Positions 17,708 to 27,742 of a DNA stretch of 64,000 bases are shown piece after piece. Within the stretch, counting starts at the first letter, position 1; the number at the start of each line of letters is the position of its first letter. The translations under genes were made by a program, and so were the position numbers. This DNA is from Dehalococcoidia bacterium (lineage in GTDB: Bacteria > Chloroflexota > Dehalococcoidia > Lucifugimonadales > SHYF01). The notes under the pieces are model-generated. The model had not been told where the DNA came from. It saw only the letters and a program-made list of their open reading frames with translations, and did no database searches. The stretch lies in the NCBI GenBank assembly GCA_965248595.1, contig CBDFJM010000004.1:22833-86832 (forward strand). Reading direction: 5' to 3'.

Positions 17708-19957
17708 TTGGCAACAAGAACGGAAGCCATAGCCCGAGTAACAGTTGTGCGCTGGGCCCGTACCCAGGACTGGCTTACCCTGCTGCTGGTGGGAAGCGCT
17801 GTGGTATTGGTGGTGCACTCCATTGAGGTGGCGCAATGGGTGCCCATGCCCTGGCTGTCGCTAACGGCTGCTCTGGGCGCTCTGGCGGGGCTGCTGGCCG
17901 TCCGCCTGCCTTGGAAGTCGTGGCAAGGGCACCTCCTGGCCTCGGGTGTGGGTGGCCTGGTTGTGTACTTGCAAGGCAGCACCATTGCAGATGGGGAGAC
18001 CTTTTGGGCCAGGCTTGGGGAGCTCAACGCACGTCTGGCGGCCTGGTGGACAGCTCTGGTGGGTAACGACATCAGCACTGACACTCTTCCATTCGCATTC
18101 ATTTTGACTGGCCTGGCCTGGGCAGCAGGGTACCTGGCCTCTTGGGCGATATTCAAGCGGGGCAACGTATGGCTGGCGGTGCTCCCCAGCGCCTTTGGCC
18201 TGGTGATGAACCTTACCTACTTGCCAGAGAGGTACTATATCCATCTGTTCCCGTTCCTGCTGGTCACAATGTTGCTCATGGTGCGCCTGCACTCTGTCCA
18301 ACAGACAGTCCAGCTGGCAAGGCAAGGTATAGACCACCCTCGCTCTCTGCGCATCCTCTGGCTGATGGCTGGCCTGGTCTTCAGTTCCCTAATTGTGGGG
18401 GGTGTCTTCCTTCTTCCCCCAAATCACGCCCGGCAAGAGACCCTGGTAGGGTTTTGGAACGCATCACGGCAGCCCGTGGAGTGGTTCCAGGGAGAGTTTG
18501 GGCGACTGTTCTCTGCCGTCGGTGGCAAGCTGTCCCTCTCCACCAGGCGGTTCAATTCAACCTTTCCCATCCTTCCCGTCCGACCCACCGGCACGGAGCC
18601 TGTGTTCTCAGGAAGCGTTTCCTACCCCGCATATTGGAAAGTGAGGGCGTATACCAGCTATAACTCCGGCGGATGGACCACTGACGACACCGTCATGGAG
18701 CCAGCTATTAATCAGCCGCCCCTGCTAGATGAGTTTGAGGACACGGATGAAGAGGAGATCTCCTACCAGGTGATCGTATCCTCCTCCACTCCTTACATGT
18801 ACGTTCCTTCGCCCAGTAATTCGTGGGTCAACGTTCCGGCCCAGGTAGAGAAACACGACGGGGCAACGGTGTATGCCGACGCCCTGACGATACGCCCCGA
18901 CAAGAGGCTGGAGCCGGGGGACAGCTACACTGGCAGCTTCCCAAGCCCCTTCCACACGCAGGGTATCTTGCGTTCCACCAACCGGGAGTACCCTGAATGG
19001 GTGAAAGACCGGTACCTTGGGATTCCTTCGTCCCTTCCCCAACGGGTCGGGGCGCTGGCCCTTCGGTTGACACGTGACGCCACGGACCCGTATGGCAAGG
19101 CTGTGGCTATCGAGAGGTACCTGAGGTCAAACTACAATTATGGCAACGCTACTTCAGTCCCAGGATTTAACGAGGACAGGGTTGACCATTTTCTTTTCCA
19201 GAGCAAGGTTGGCCACAGTGACCACTTCGCGTCTGCCATGGCGGTAATGCTGCGGGCCGTGGGCGTCCCCGCCCGCCTGGTTAGCGGATTTGGCCCTGGC
19301 ACTGCGGAGGAGATAGGCACGGCCTTCACCGTCACGGAAGGCGACCAACATTCTTGGACCGAAGCCTACATGTCTCAGGCGGGGTGGGTAGAGTTTGAGC
19401 CATCGCCCATCTATCCCCTTCGGCCCCGCCAGACCAGTGACCTGGCGGGGTTCGGCGCTGGCCTGACAGGGTTCCTCTCCGAGGGTGACCTACTTGAGGA
19501 GCCAGAGTTCGACATCGATGATGAGGAGATCGACCCCGGAGGAGGCAGGCTGCCGGACGGCATGGGGCTAAGGCCGTTTCCATTGATGCTCCGCGTATCT
19601 CCCTGGAGCTCTGGGGGCGTCTTTCTCATGGCGCTGATGGCTATGTGGACCGCGGGGCTGGTGTTGGTGTGGCGTCGGTATTTCCTCCAGCTACCGCACC
19701 CAGAAATGGCCTACGCACGAATGCACCGGATGGCCAGGATTCTGCTGGTGGAGCCTCCACGGGGGCACACGCCAAGGGAGTTTGGAACGGCCTTAGCCTC
19801 AGCTATTCCTGGGGCCAGGGAAGACATCCTCTTTATTTGCGACGCCTTTTGCAGGGCCCGTTATGGGAATGCGGAGCTTTCCGAGCAGGATGGCCTTGGG
19901 CTACGTCTGGCCTGGAATCGAGTCCAGAAGAGTATGGTGCGCCACACACTGAACTGA
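17708..19957 (+). CDS. TgpA-like membrane transglutaminase-domain protein
   Basis: N-terminal TMs, YWK..AY..Y...GW, FASAMAVMLRAVGVPARLVSGF, HSWTEAY, GWVEFEP, C-terminal TPREF. Confidence 0.88.
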   Translation: MATRTEAIARVTVVRWARTQDWLTLLLVGSAVVLVVHSIEVAQWVPMPWLSLTAALGALAGLLAVRLPWKSWQGHLLASGVGGLVVYLQGSTIADGETFWARLGELNARLAAWWTALVGNDISTDTLPFAFILTGLAWAAGYLASWAIFKRGNVWLAVLPSAFGLVMNLTYLPERYYIHLFPFLLVTMLLMVRLHSVQQTVQLARQGIDHPRSLRILWLMAGLVFSSLIVGGVFLLPPNHARQETLVGFWNASRQPVEWFQGEFGRLFSAVGGKLSLSTRRFNSTFPILPVRPTGTEPVFSGSVSYPAYWKVRAYTSYNSGGWTTDDTVMEPAINQPPLLDEFEDTDEEEISYQVIVSSSTPYMYVPSPSNSWVNVPAQVEKHDGATVYADALTIRPDKRLEPGDSYTGSFPSPFHTQGILRSTNREYPEWVKDRYLGIPSSLPQRVGALALRLTRDATDPYGKAVAIERYLRSNYNYGNATSVPGFNEDRVDHFLFQSKVGHSDHFASAMAVMLRAVGVPARLVSGFGPGTAEEIGTAFTVTEGDQHSWTEAYMSQAGWVEFEPSPIYPLRPRQTSDLAGFGAGLTGFLSEGDLLEEPEFDIDDEEIDPGGGRLPDGMGLRPFPLMLRVSPWSSGGVFLMALMAMWTAGLVLVWRRYFLQLPHPEMAYARMHRMARILLVEPPRGHTPREFGTALASAIPGAREDILFICDAFCRARYGNAELSEQDGLGLRLAWNRVQKSMVRHTLN

Positions 19958-20050
19958 TGACAAGAAGTCATCCAACAAATCATCTTCTACCCCTGCCGAC
20001 AGCATCGTATTGGCATCGGGCCTTCTAGTCTGGGATACGTGGAGGACCGG

Positions 20051-21367
20051 CTACGTCTGGGCTGCTGTGGACGGTGCTCGCAGCCTCCATACATCGGGAA
20101 TAGCCACCGCGAGAATTATGGCCGAAAGAGCGGCAAGTGCGGTGAAAGACGCCACTGTGGGGGAGAACCCCCAAGCTCCGATGGCGGGGCCCATCACCAG
20201 GCTCCCTATGGGCTGGAGCCCCATACCACTCATTCCATATACCGCCAGGACGCGGCCTCTGGCTTCGTTGGGCGTATGCAACTGGTACAGCGTCTGGTTC
20301 ATTGCCAGATTATAGGAGTTGAACAAGCCTCCAAAAACGAGAATACCGAATGACAGAGGTAGCCATGTGGATTGCGAGAAGAGCATGATCATTACTATGT
20401 AGAAGAAGACACCTCCCAGCATGAGCATTCCGCCCCGTTGACCGCTGCCACGAACCGCCAGCAACGCTGCGCCTACCAGGGACCCAAAACCCACCGCCGA
20501 CATCAGGAACCCGTAGGCCGAGGCGCTCTTGCCTAACCCAAGCACATCCGAGGTGTATATAGGTACAAAAGCCATGTACGGATACACCAGAATAGTGGGA
20601 ATTATGTGGAGCACCAAGAGGCCCAGCAAGACCCGGCTGTGGCCTACCACCACTAACCCTTCCATGTAGCTGCGCCACCCATGTGCCGACTTCTTGGACG
20701 CCGGGGCCGGCGGCGCGGGCCTGATGCGCATAGTCAGGAAGAAGGCTAAGATCTTCAGGCTAGCAAGTGTCACAAAGCAAGCGCCAACTCCCACCCAGGC
20801 AATAACCATTCCCGCGATGGTTGGCCCGGTGACTCTGGCAAGGTTGTTGGTGACCGCCGTAAGGGCGATGGCGTTCTCCAGTGTCTTAGGGCCAACCTGG
20901 TCGTACACCAGGGCAGAGCGCGCCGGCTGATTGAACGCCGCCGAAGCGCCTTCTACCAAGGCGAATAACCACAGGTGCCACCACTGGACAATGTTCAGGA
21001 TGACCAGCAAGGCCAAGAGACTCGCTTGGACCACGGCCAAGGCGGTGGACCATAGCACCAGAGTGCGCCGGTCGTACCGGTCCGCCAACATTCCCGCTGG
21101 AATGGAAAGCGCCACCACGGAGACGCCGCGAATGGCCGCCACGATACCCATCTGAATTGGGCTTTTGGTGACCACATACACCAGCCACCCAATGCCTATC
21201 TGCTGGAACCACTGGCCAAAACCGAGGCTGGTGGTGCTGAGCAACAGAAAGCGGAAGTCGCGATAGCGCAGAGAAGCAAAGGCCTTGGCGGCCCAACTGG
21301 TAATCTCTCGCTGTTTTGGAGGGCCAGATGCAGGATCCATGATAGCGGCACCCTTTCTGGAAGCCAA
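20051..21367 (-). CDS. MFS transporter
   Basis: About 12 TMs; GMLADRYDRR, PARSALV, RGRV motifs. Confidence 0.9.
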   Translation of the reverse strand: MASRKGAAIMDPASGPPKQREITSWAAKAFASLRYRDFRFLLLSTTSLGFGQWFQQIGIGWLVYVVTKSPIQMGIVAAIRGVSVVALSIPAGMLADRYDRRTLVLWSTALAVVQASLLALLVILNIVQWWHLWLFALVEGASAAFNQPARSALVYDQVGPKTLENAIALTAVTNNLARVTGPTIAGMVIAWVGVGACFVTLASLKILAFFLTMRIRPAPPAPASKKSAHGWRSYMEGLVVVGHSRVLLGLLVLHIIPTILVYPYMAFVPIYTSDVLGLGKSASAYGFLMSAVGFGSLVGAALLAVRGSGQRGGMLMLGGVFFYIVMIMLFSQSTWLPLSFGILVFGGLFNSYNLAMNQTLYQLHTPNEARGRVLAVYGMSGMGLQPIGSLVMGPAIGAWGFSPTVASFTALAALSAIILAVAIPDVWRLRAPSTAAQT

Positions 21368-21547
21368 CTTTCGGCCTGGCGGTGAAATTATATAGAGTAA
21401 TTCCTCCGATTGCCATGTAGTCCACCCGCCTCAAAAAAAGGAAAGAGCTACAAGAGCCACTTGTTGTAATTTTGTTGTAGACTTACCGTATCTTTTCTCT
21501 CACAAGTCTCTGAAACCAGGGCACTATTGCGAAAGAGGAGGCAAAAC

Positions 21548-22729
21548 ATGGCGTTACCACTTGAGGGTATACGGGTAGTGGAGATATGTCAGGTGTATGC
21601 GGGGCCTTACGCTGCCATGATGCTGGCGGATCAGGGTGCCGATGTCATCAAGCTGGAGCCACCCGAGGGCGACTCCAACCGCGCAACGGCTACAGCACCC
21701 TATCCTGGCTTTACCTTGCCTTTCCTGGCGTTCAACCGCAACAAACGCTCCATAGTGGTTAACTATCAAACGCCTCCGGGCCGCGATGTGGCCTACAGGC
21801 TGTTAAAGCAGGCAGACGTCCTGATCATAGCTACCAGGACAGCGACCAGGGGTCGATGGGGGCTTACGTACGAGGAGCTGGCCGCTGTCAACCCCAGGCT
21901 CATCTACGCCTCCATCACCGGCTATGGGGAGCAGGGACCTGACTATGACCTCCCTGGGATTGATCTGGTCGTCCAAGCCCGGTCGGGAGATGCAGACTTT
22001 CGCCATTCCCCATATGGTACTCCTCCATCTTCGTTGAGCCTCTTTCACTTCGACATGGCCACCAGCATGCTGACCGTTGGTTCCGTGGCGCTGGCCCTGC
22101 GTCAGAGGGATAGCACGGGACGCGGCCAGAAGCTGGAATTGAGCCTGTTGCAAAGCGCTCTGGCATCCCACGCCGTAAACATGATGCACGTGGTGGGGAC
22201 TGATAATGGAGGTCCCATCAAGAACGCAGGGGCAAGGCGGGTTTATCGTTGCAGCGATGGCCGGTATATCTTTGCGTCTCCCATAGCTGAGAGGTGGCCT
22301 GGTTACTGTCATGCCCTGGGCTTGGACCAGCTGATAGAGGACGCGAGATTTGACACTGGTCCGAAGCGTCAGGAGAACGCTGATGCCCTGCAACAGATCA
22401 TCACTGAGCAACTCTCCACCAGGCCTGCAGCAGAGTGGGAGGCCAAGCTCAAAGAAGCAAACGCGCAAGTAAGCGTGGTCAAAGAGATGTCGGAGGTCCG
22501 TGATGACCCCCAGGTCATCGCCAATCAGATGATGACCACCTTTGAGCAACAGGGCATTGGCACAATAGAGACGGTGAACATACCATTCAAAATGTCGGCC
22601 AACGCTGGCGAATCCTGGTTCCGCCGGCCCGTGCCGGGGCTTGGGGAACACACCAACGAAATAGTCGCTGAGCTGGGCTACAGCCAGAAGGAGTTGGATG
22701 CGCTCAGGGCTGAGGGAGCTGTCAGTTAA
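21548..22729 (+). CDS. Family III CoA-transferase (CaiB/BaiF)
   Basis: AGPYAAMMLADQGADVIKLEPP.GD, NRNKRS, NPRLIYASITGYG, PGLGEHT. Confidence 0.93.
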   Translation: MALPLEGIRVVEICQVYAGPYAAMMLADQGADVIKLEPPEGDSNRATATAPYPGFTLPFLAFNRNKRSIVVNYQTPPGRDVAYRLLKQADVLIIATRTATRGRWGLTYEELAAVNPRLIYASITGYGEQGPDYDLPGIDLVVQARSGDADFRHSPYGTPPSSLSLFHFDMATSMLTVGSVALALRQRDSTGRGQKLELSLLQSALASHAVNMMHVVGTDNGGPIKNAGARRVYRCSDGRYIFASPIAERWPGYCHALGLDQLIEDARFDTGPKRQENADALQQIITEQLSTRPAAEWEAKLKEANAQVSVVKEMSEVRDDPQVIANQMMTTFEQQGIGTIETVNIPFKMSANAGESWFRRPVPGLGEHTNEIVAELGYSQKELDALRAEGAVS

Positions 22730-22794
22730 GGACGCGAGCTTTGTGGTACCATATCTTAGTCCCGTTCCCACCACAATCCCACTGAGGAGGACCC

Positions 22795-25128
22795 ATGCTG
22801 GACTATAAACCCAACGTCGTCCTGTCAAACAGAGAGTACAAGGTCGTAGGCACCAGGCCACCACGTCACGATGCCCTGGACAAGGTGACTGGGCACGCCA
22901 GGTTCGGAGCGGATGTCCATCTTCCAGGGATGCTGTACGGACGTGTCCTGCGAAGCCCTCATGCCCACGCCACGATAAAGCAAATAGACGCCAGCCGCGC
23001 CCTGGCTCTGCCGGGAGTCAAGGCGGTGGTCACTGGCCGGGACTTCCCCCAACCCTCCGGCAAGATTGCCGACATGGGAGAAGGGGCATTCATGAACTTC
23101 AGGTTCCTGATTAACAACTGCCTTGCCTACGACAAAGCGCTTTACAAGGGACATGCCGTGGCCGCCGTGGCTGCCGCCACCCCGGAGGCCGCCGAGGAAG
23201 CCCTTGCGCTGATAGACGTTGACTACGAGGTCCTGCCGCATGTTCTGGATGGCCGGGAGGCCATGAAGTCCGGCGCTCCAATCCTGCACGAAAAGCTCAA
23301 GACCCAGGGCAGCGGCGGTATGCGGGCCGGAGGCTACCGAGCCGACGACGAGGAAGGGGAAGGCACCAACCTCGCCAGCCAATTCGAGTTCCGCCTGGGT
23401 GATTTGGAGAAAGGCTTTCATGAGGCAGACATCATCATAGAGAAGGAATCCCATACCGTAGCGGTACATCAGGGATACCTCGAGCCTCAGACGGCCACAG
23501 CCCAGTGGGACGCAGATGGGTTTGTGACCATCTGGTCCAGCAGCCAGGGTCAGTTCGCCATGCGGGACCAGACCGCCACCATCCTGGACATTCCTGTCTC
23601 CAAGGCAAAGGCCTACCCGATGGAGATAGGCGGCGGGTTTGGAGGCAAGACCAGTGTGTACCTGGAGCCTGTGGCAGCCCTTCTCTCCCAGAGGAGCGGA
23701 GGGCATCCAGTAAAGCTGACTATGAGCCGGGCCGAGGTGTTTGAAGGAACAGGCCCCACCTCGGGCACGCATATTCGGGTGAAGCTGGGAGCTACCAAGC
23801 AGGGACGCCTGGTTGCCGCCGAGGCCCATATGGTCTATGAAGCCGGCGCTTTCCCAGGCTCGCCTGTTTCACCCGGGGCCATGTGTATCTTCGCCCCATA
23901 CGATGTACCCAATGCTTACGTGGAGGGGTTCGACGTAGTCGTCAACTCGCCCAAGACAGCAGCCTATCGAGCACCTGGCTCACCTGCCGCCAACTTCGCC
24001 ATGGAAACAACGGTGGACGAGCTATGCGATAAGCTGGGCATGGACCCTCTGGAGTTCCGCATCCTGAACTCATCCAAAGAGGGCACACGCCGTGTCCCAG
24101 GGCCCGTATTCCAGCGCATCGGCTGTTTAGAGACACTTCAGGCCACCAAGGAGCACCCTCACTACGGTGCTCCGATGGAAGGGCCGTATCGGGGCCGCGG
24201 TGTGGCGTCGGGCTTTTGGTTCAACGGCGCCGGCCCTGCCAGCGCAGTAGCCAGCGTCAACGCCGACGGCATCGTCAGTCTGGTGGAAGGCTCACCAGAC
24301 ATCGGCGGCACCAGGACTACTCTATCCATGCAGCTTGCAGAGGTGCTAGGCATACCCGCAGAAGACGTAAAGCCGTTCGTGGCCGACACCGACTCCATAG
24401 GCTTCACCTCTACCACAGGGGGCAGCGGCGCGACGTTCAAATCGGGGTGGGCGTGCTACCTGGCCGCCGAGGACATCAAGATGCAGATGAAAGAGCGGGC
24501 GGCAAGGATATGGGAGGTCCCAGTGGAGGATGTGGAGTACGAAGACGGTGTCCTGGCCCACAAATCGGACCCGGAGTTGAAGCTGACCTTTCAGCAACTG
24601 GCCGCTCAGCTGCTATCCACAGGCGGCCCCATTGTAGGCCGGGCCACGGTAGACCCTCGTGGCGTGGGCAACGTCTTCACCACCCATCTGGCTGACGTGG
24701 AGGTGGACCCGGAGACGGGGAAGGTGACTATCCTGCGGTATACCATCGTTCAGGATGTTGGCAAAGCCATCCATCCCACCTACGTGGAAGGTCAGATGCA
24801 GGGAGGCGTGGTTCAGGGTATAGGATGGGCGCTGAACGAGGAGTACGCCTTCAACGACCAGGGCCGCATGTTGAACCCAACTTTCCTGGACTACCGCATG
24901 CCCACCAGCCTGGACCTGCCCATGATTGACACTGTCATAGTGGAGGTGGCCAACCCCGGCCATCCCTTTGGCGTCCGTGGTGTGGGCGAGGTGTCCATCA
25001 CCGCACCCATGGCGGCCATAGCCAACGCTATCTACGATGCGATAGGCGTACGAATGAACCGGTTGCCTATGTCCCCAGGGCGCGTTTTGGAAGCCATGCA
25101 GGCCAACGGCAATGGCCGAAAGAAGTAA
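22795..25128 (+). CDS. Xanthine dehydrogenase family molybdopterin-binding subunit
   Basis: KVTG, LRSPHAHA, GGGFGGK, AYRAPG, EGQMQGG, RGVGE motifs. Confidence 0.92.
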   Translation: MLDYKPNVVLSNREYKVVGTRPPRHDALDKVTGHARFGADVHLPGMLYGRVLRSPHAHATIKQIDASRALALPGVKAVVTGRDFPQPSGKIADMGEGAFMNFRFLINNCLAYDKALYKGHAVAAVAAATPEAAEEALALIDVDYEVLPHVLDGREAMKSGAPILHEKLKTQGSGGMRAGGYRADDEEGEGTNLASQFEFRLGDLEKGFHEADIIIEKESHTVAVHQGYLEPQTATAQWDADGFVTIWSSSQGQFAMRDQTATILDIPVSKAKAYPMEIGGGFGGKTSVYLEPVAALLSQRSGGHPVKLTMSRAEVFEGTGPTSGTHIRVKLGATKQGRLVAAEAHMVYEAGAFPGSPVSPGAMCIFAPYDVPNAYVEGFDVVVNSPKTAAYRAPGSPAANFAMETTVDELCDKLGMDPLEFRILNSSKEGTRRVPGPVFQRIGCLETLQATKEHPHYGAPMEGPYRGRGVASGFWFNGAGPASAVASVNADGIVSLVEGSPDIGGTRTTLSMQLAEVLGIPAEDVKPFVADTDSIGFTSTTGGSGATFKSGWACYLAAEDIKMQMKERAARIWEVPVEDVEYEDGVLAHKSDPELKLTFQQLAAQLLSTGGPIVGRATVDPRGVGNVFTTHLADVEVDPETGKVTILRYTIVQDVGKAIHPTYVEGQMQGGVVQGIGWALNEEYAFNDQGRMLNPTFLDYRMPTSLDLPMIDTVIVEVANPGHPFGVRGVGEVSITAPMAAIANAIYDAIGVRMNRLPMSPGRVLEAMQANGNGRKK

Positions 25129-25156
25129 CGACTGATTGCCCCTGGTGCATTTCATA

Positions 25157-25268
25157 GGAGGGTGCAGGGAACCAGGGTTCCATGCCGGGGTTCTAGGGGG
25201 TGTCCCCTATCTTTATTCTTGCTTCCCCTCTTCCTTGAGGGAGAGGGGAATACAGGGAGTAAGGGTTC
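25157..25268. repeat. Intergenic multi-hairpin palindromic repeat
   Basis: GGAACCagGGTTCC, TAGGGGgtgtCCCCTA and TTCCCCTCTTCCttgaGGGAGAGGGGAA hairpins; same layout as 38308..38403. Confidence 0.6.
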
Positions 25269-25280
25269 TTATACCAAACC

Positions 25281-25550
25281 ATGCCTGAAGTGTGGATTCC
25301 ATTGATGATGCAGGACCTGGCTGGCGGCCGGCAACGGGTGCAAGTGTCCGGCAGAACGGTGCGTCAGGTCGTGAACAGCCTGGTTGATCTGTTCCCAGAG
25401 CTGAAGGACCGGCTATGCCAGGACAATGAGATCACGCCGGGGATCGCCGTGGTGGTGGACGGTGAAGCCAGCGGCCTGGGAATGCTCCAGCCGGTGAACG
25501 AGGACAGTGAGGTCCACTTCCTTCCGGCCATTGGTGGCGGCGCAGCGTGA
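25281..25550 (+). CDS. MoaD/ThiS family sulfur carrier
   Basis: Ubiquitin-like size (89 aa), EVHFLPAIGGG followed by AA. Confidence 0.85.
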   Translation: MPEVWIPLMMQDLAGGRQRVQVSGRTVRQVVNSLVDLFPELKDRLCQDNEITPGIAVVVDGEASGLGMLQPVNEDSEVHFLPAIGGGAA

Positions 25551-25695
25551 GGTTTGCCTCAGAACCCGGCGAGTGAGAGCGTCTAATACCCCGCTCATGA
25601 TGGGTTGAGCACACGCCACCCACATCAATCCTTCCATCCGGAATTACCTTACTTGGAATAGAGGAATGGGTCCGTCGCCTCGAGGAGGTGGCGGC

Positions 25696-26282
25696 ATGAC
25701 TAACTCGACGCTAATTCTAGCAAAGGCCCAGGTATTCATCACCTGAGTCGGCGACTGCCTTATTATTTGACAATCGATGAGGCTCACCGCCTCATCGGCA
25801 CTGCCAAGAACGAACGGAATCGTCTCTTTCTCAGGTTACTCTGGGAGACTGGCTTACGAGTCAGCGAGGCCACACACGTCAGATTAGGGGATGTGGGCAG
25901 AGACGGTGTCCGGGTTCTGGGGAAAGATCGAGTGGAACGCGTGGTATTCGTCCAGGACCGCCTAATTACCTACATCCTGTTCTACGCACAAGAAAACGCG
26001 ATGGAGCGATACGACTACCTTTTCCCCTCAAGAAAGGGAGGCTGCATTACAAAGCAGAGAGCAGCCCAGATCATCAAAGATACTGCCGGCAACGCCAAGT
26101 TGGATCGGAGAGTCCACGCTCATCTGTTACGCCATGGGTACGCCATCAATTTTCTGAACTGCGGTGGAAGGCTTGATGCCCTTCAGGAACAGTTGGGGCA
26201 CAGGGACATCAATACAACGAGGATCTAACTTCGGTTATCGGATGAAGACGTAAAACGTGAGGTGGGCAAGATTGAGTTCTAG
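25696..26282 (+). pseudogene. Tyrosine recombinase (XerC/D-like) pseudogene
   Basis: TGLRVSEA, HLLRH, LGH motifs; early frameshift; TAA at 26226 where the catalytic Tyr belongs (TTRI*LRLSDEDVKREVGKIEF). Confidence 0.85.
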
Positions 26283-26296
26283 TTGCCGTTTCTGGC

Positions 26297-26776
26297 CTAT
26301 TGGAAAATTATCTCGTCAATGCGGCACCTCTGGCAGCATGGCACTAGGAATTGCTCGCAACCCTGTATTCTAGGTTGAACTAGCCACCATGCGAATATCA
26401 ACATCAAGACCGCGTAGGGGAAAAAGGCGATCAAGACGACACTTACGGCACGCCCTGTGGATGTGTAATCCAGGCCTTGACGGACAGCGACGACCATGGT
26501 GACTAACTGCCAGAGTGATACAACTAAAAATATCAGGCCGCCAATGCCAGGAATGAAGGCGAATACCTTCAGGACACCCGGAGATTGAGCGAACCCCAAG
26601 GCCCTTGCGAGTTGGGCCCAGTTGGCATCGGTTTCAGGGGTTTTCAGCATCCTAGTCCCGACAAAATAGGTTATCCAAGCCCATAGTGCCCAACCGACCA
26701 AGCCAAAACCTATGCCGCTTATGAAACCAACGACGCCACCATTAATGGAGCCAATTCCAGTGGCAATAGCAACCAT
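26297..26776 (-). pseudogene. YIP1-family membrane protein, 5' truncated
   Basis: WALWAWITYFVG, RALGFAQSPG, AVRQGLDYTSTGRA; N-terminus replaced by IS256 DNA. Confidence 0.7.
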
Positions 26777-27322
26777 GCTCTGCGCAACGTCTATCCGCAG
26801 GCAGCAGAGCAACGCTGCTGGAACCACAAGATCGTAAACGTGCTCGCCAAGCTTCCAAAGCGACAACAGGACCAGGCAAAGCTCATGCTGCGTACTATCC
26901 CCTACGCGCCGACTCGGACAGAGGCTGAGCGGCTCAGGACGGTGTTCACCAGGTGGTGCGGCGACCATTCCTACGAGGCGGCCTCAGAGGCCTTGGAGCG
27001 GGACTGGGACCGCATGGTCACCTTCTATGACTTTCCAAAGGAGCACTGGGGGCACCTTCGCACGACGAACCCGGTAGAATCACCCTTCGCGGCGCTCAGA
27101 CTTCGGACCGATGCCGCCAAGCGCTACAAGAGGGTCGATCGGGCGATAGCGGTGATCTGGAAAATGTTGATGGTCGCCGAACAGCGCTTCAGGCGTCTGA
27201 AGGCCCCTGAGTTGATCGAAGACGTCTATCTCGGTGCACAGTATGCGGATGGAATCGCCATTGAATCAACGGCTGAGAAGGTCGCCGCCTGATGTCGTTT
27301 ACACACCTATTGACGTAACCTC
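26777..27322 (+). mobile_element. 3' fragment of a second IS256-family element
   Basis: QRCWNHK, LRTTNPVESPFA motifs (ORF 26840..27292); right-end-like TTACACACCTATTGACGTAACCTC. Confidence 0.82.
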
Positions 27323-27583
27323 CCTCAGATCCTTCCGTATATGGCAGTTCCGGCCATTGGAAAAGTGTACCTGGTCCGGGCGGCCTAAAGCATCGAATTG
27401 GCCAACATTTATCACAGATACAAACAGAAGTCAAGGTTAAAATCCAAAAATCGAATGCAACGCGGTCCATTTTCTCGATTTTCATTACAACACAACACAC
27501 AAGTGCTCGAGATATGGGAGGCGGCGCAAACATTGTAACTTGTCGGCGCCTAGACAATGGATGAGGGGAGGCCGAGGACCCTG

Positions 27584-27727
27584 ATGCGATATATTGCTAG
27601 TGGTCTCGTTGCCCTGCTAGTTACGGTAGGTGTTACCTGCGCCCAGCCTGAGACTGAATCTGGAGGATTGTGGACCCACCAGTTCGGGTCCAGCTATCGC
27701 TCACTCCCATCGACGGGCTCAGGGTGA
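27584..27727 (+). pseudogene. Truncated secreted beta-propeller (SBBP-like) protein
   Basis: MRYIASGLVALLVTVGVTCAQPE signal peptide then LWTHQFGSS, then an early stop. Confidence 0.45.
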
Positions 27728-27742
27728 CCAGAGAGACGGCTC

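Noticed and set aside
22795-25128. Aerobic CO dehydrogenase CoxL
   Set aside because: The active-site loop is AYRAPG rather than AYxCSFR or AYRGAGR, and coxM/coxS are absent
26226-26228. Stop-codon recoding in the tyrosine recombinase
   Set aside because: TAA stop plus an independent upstream frameshift indicate a pseudogene
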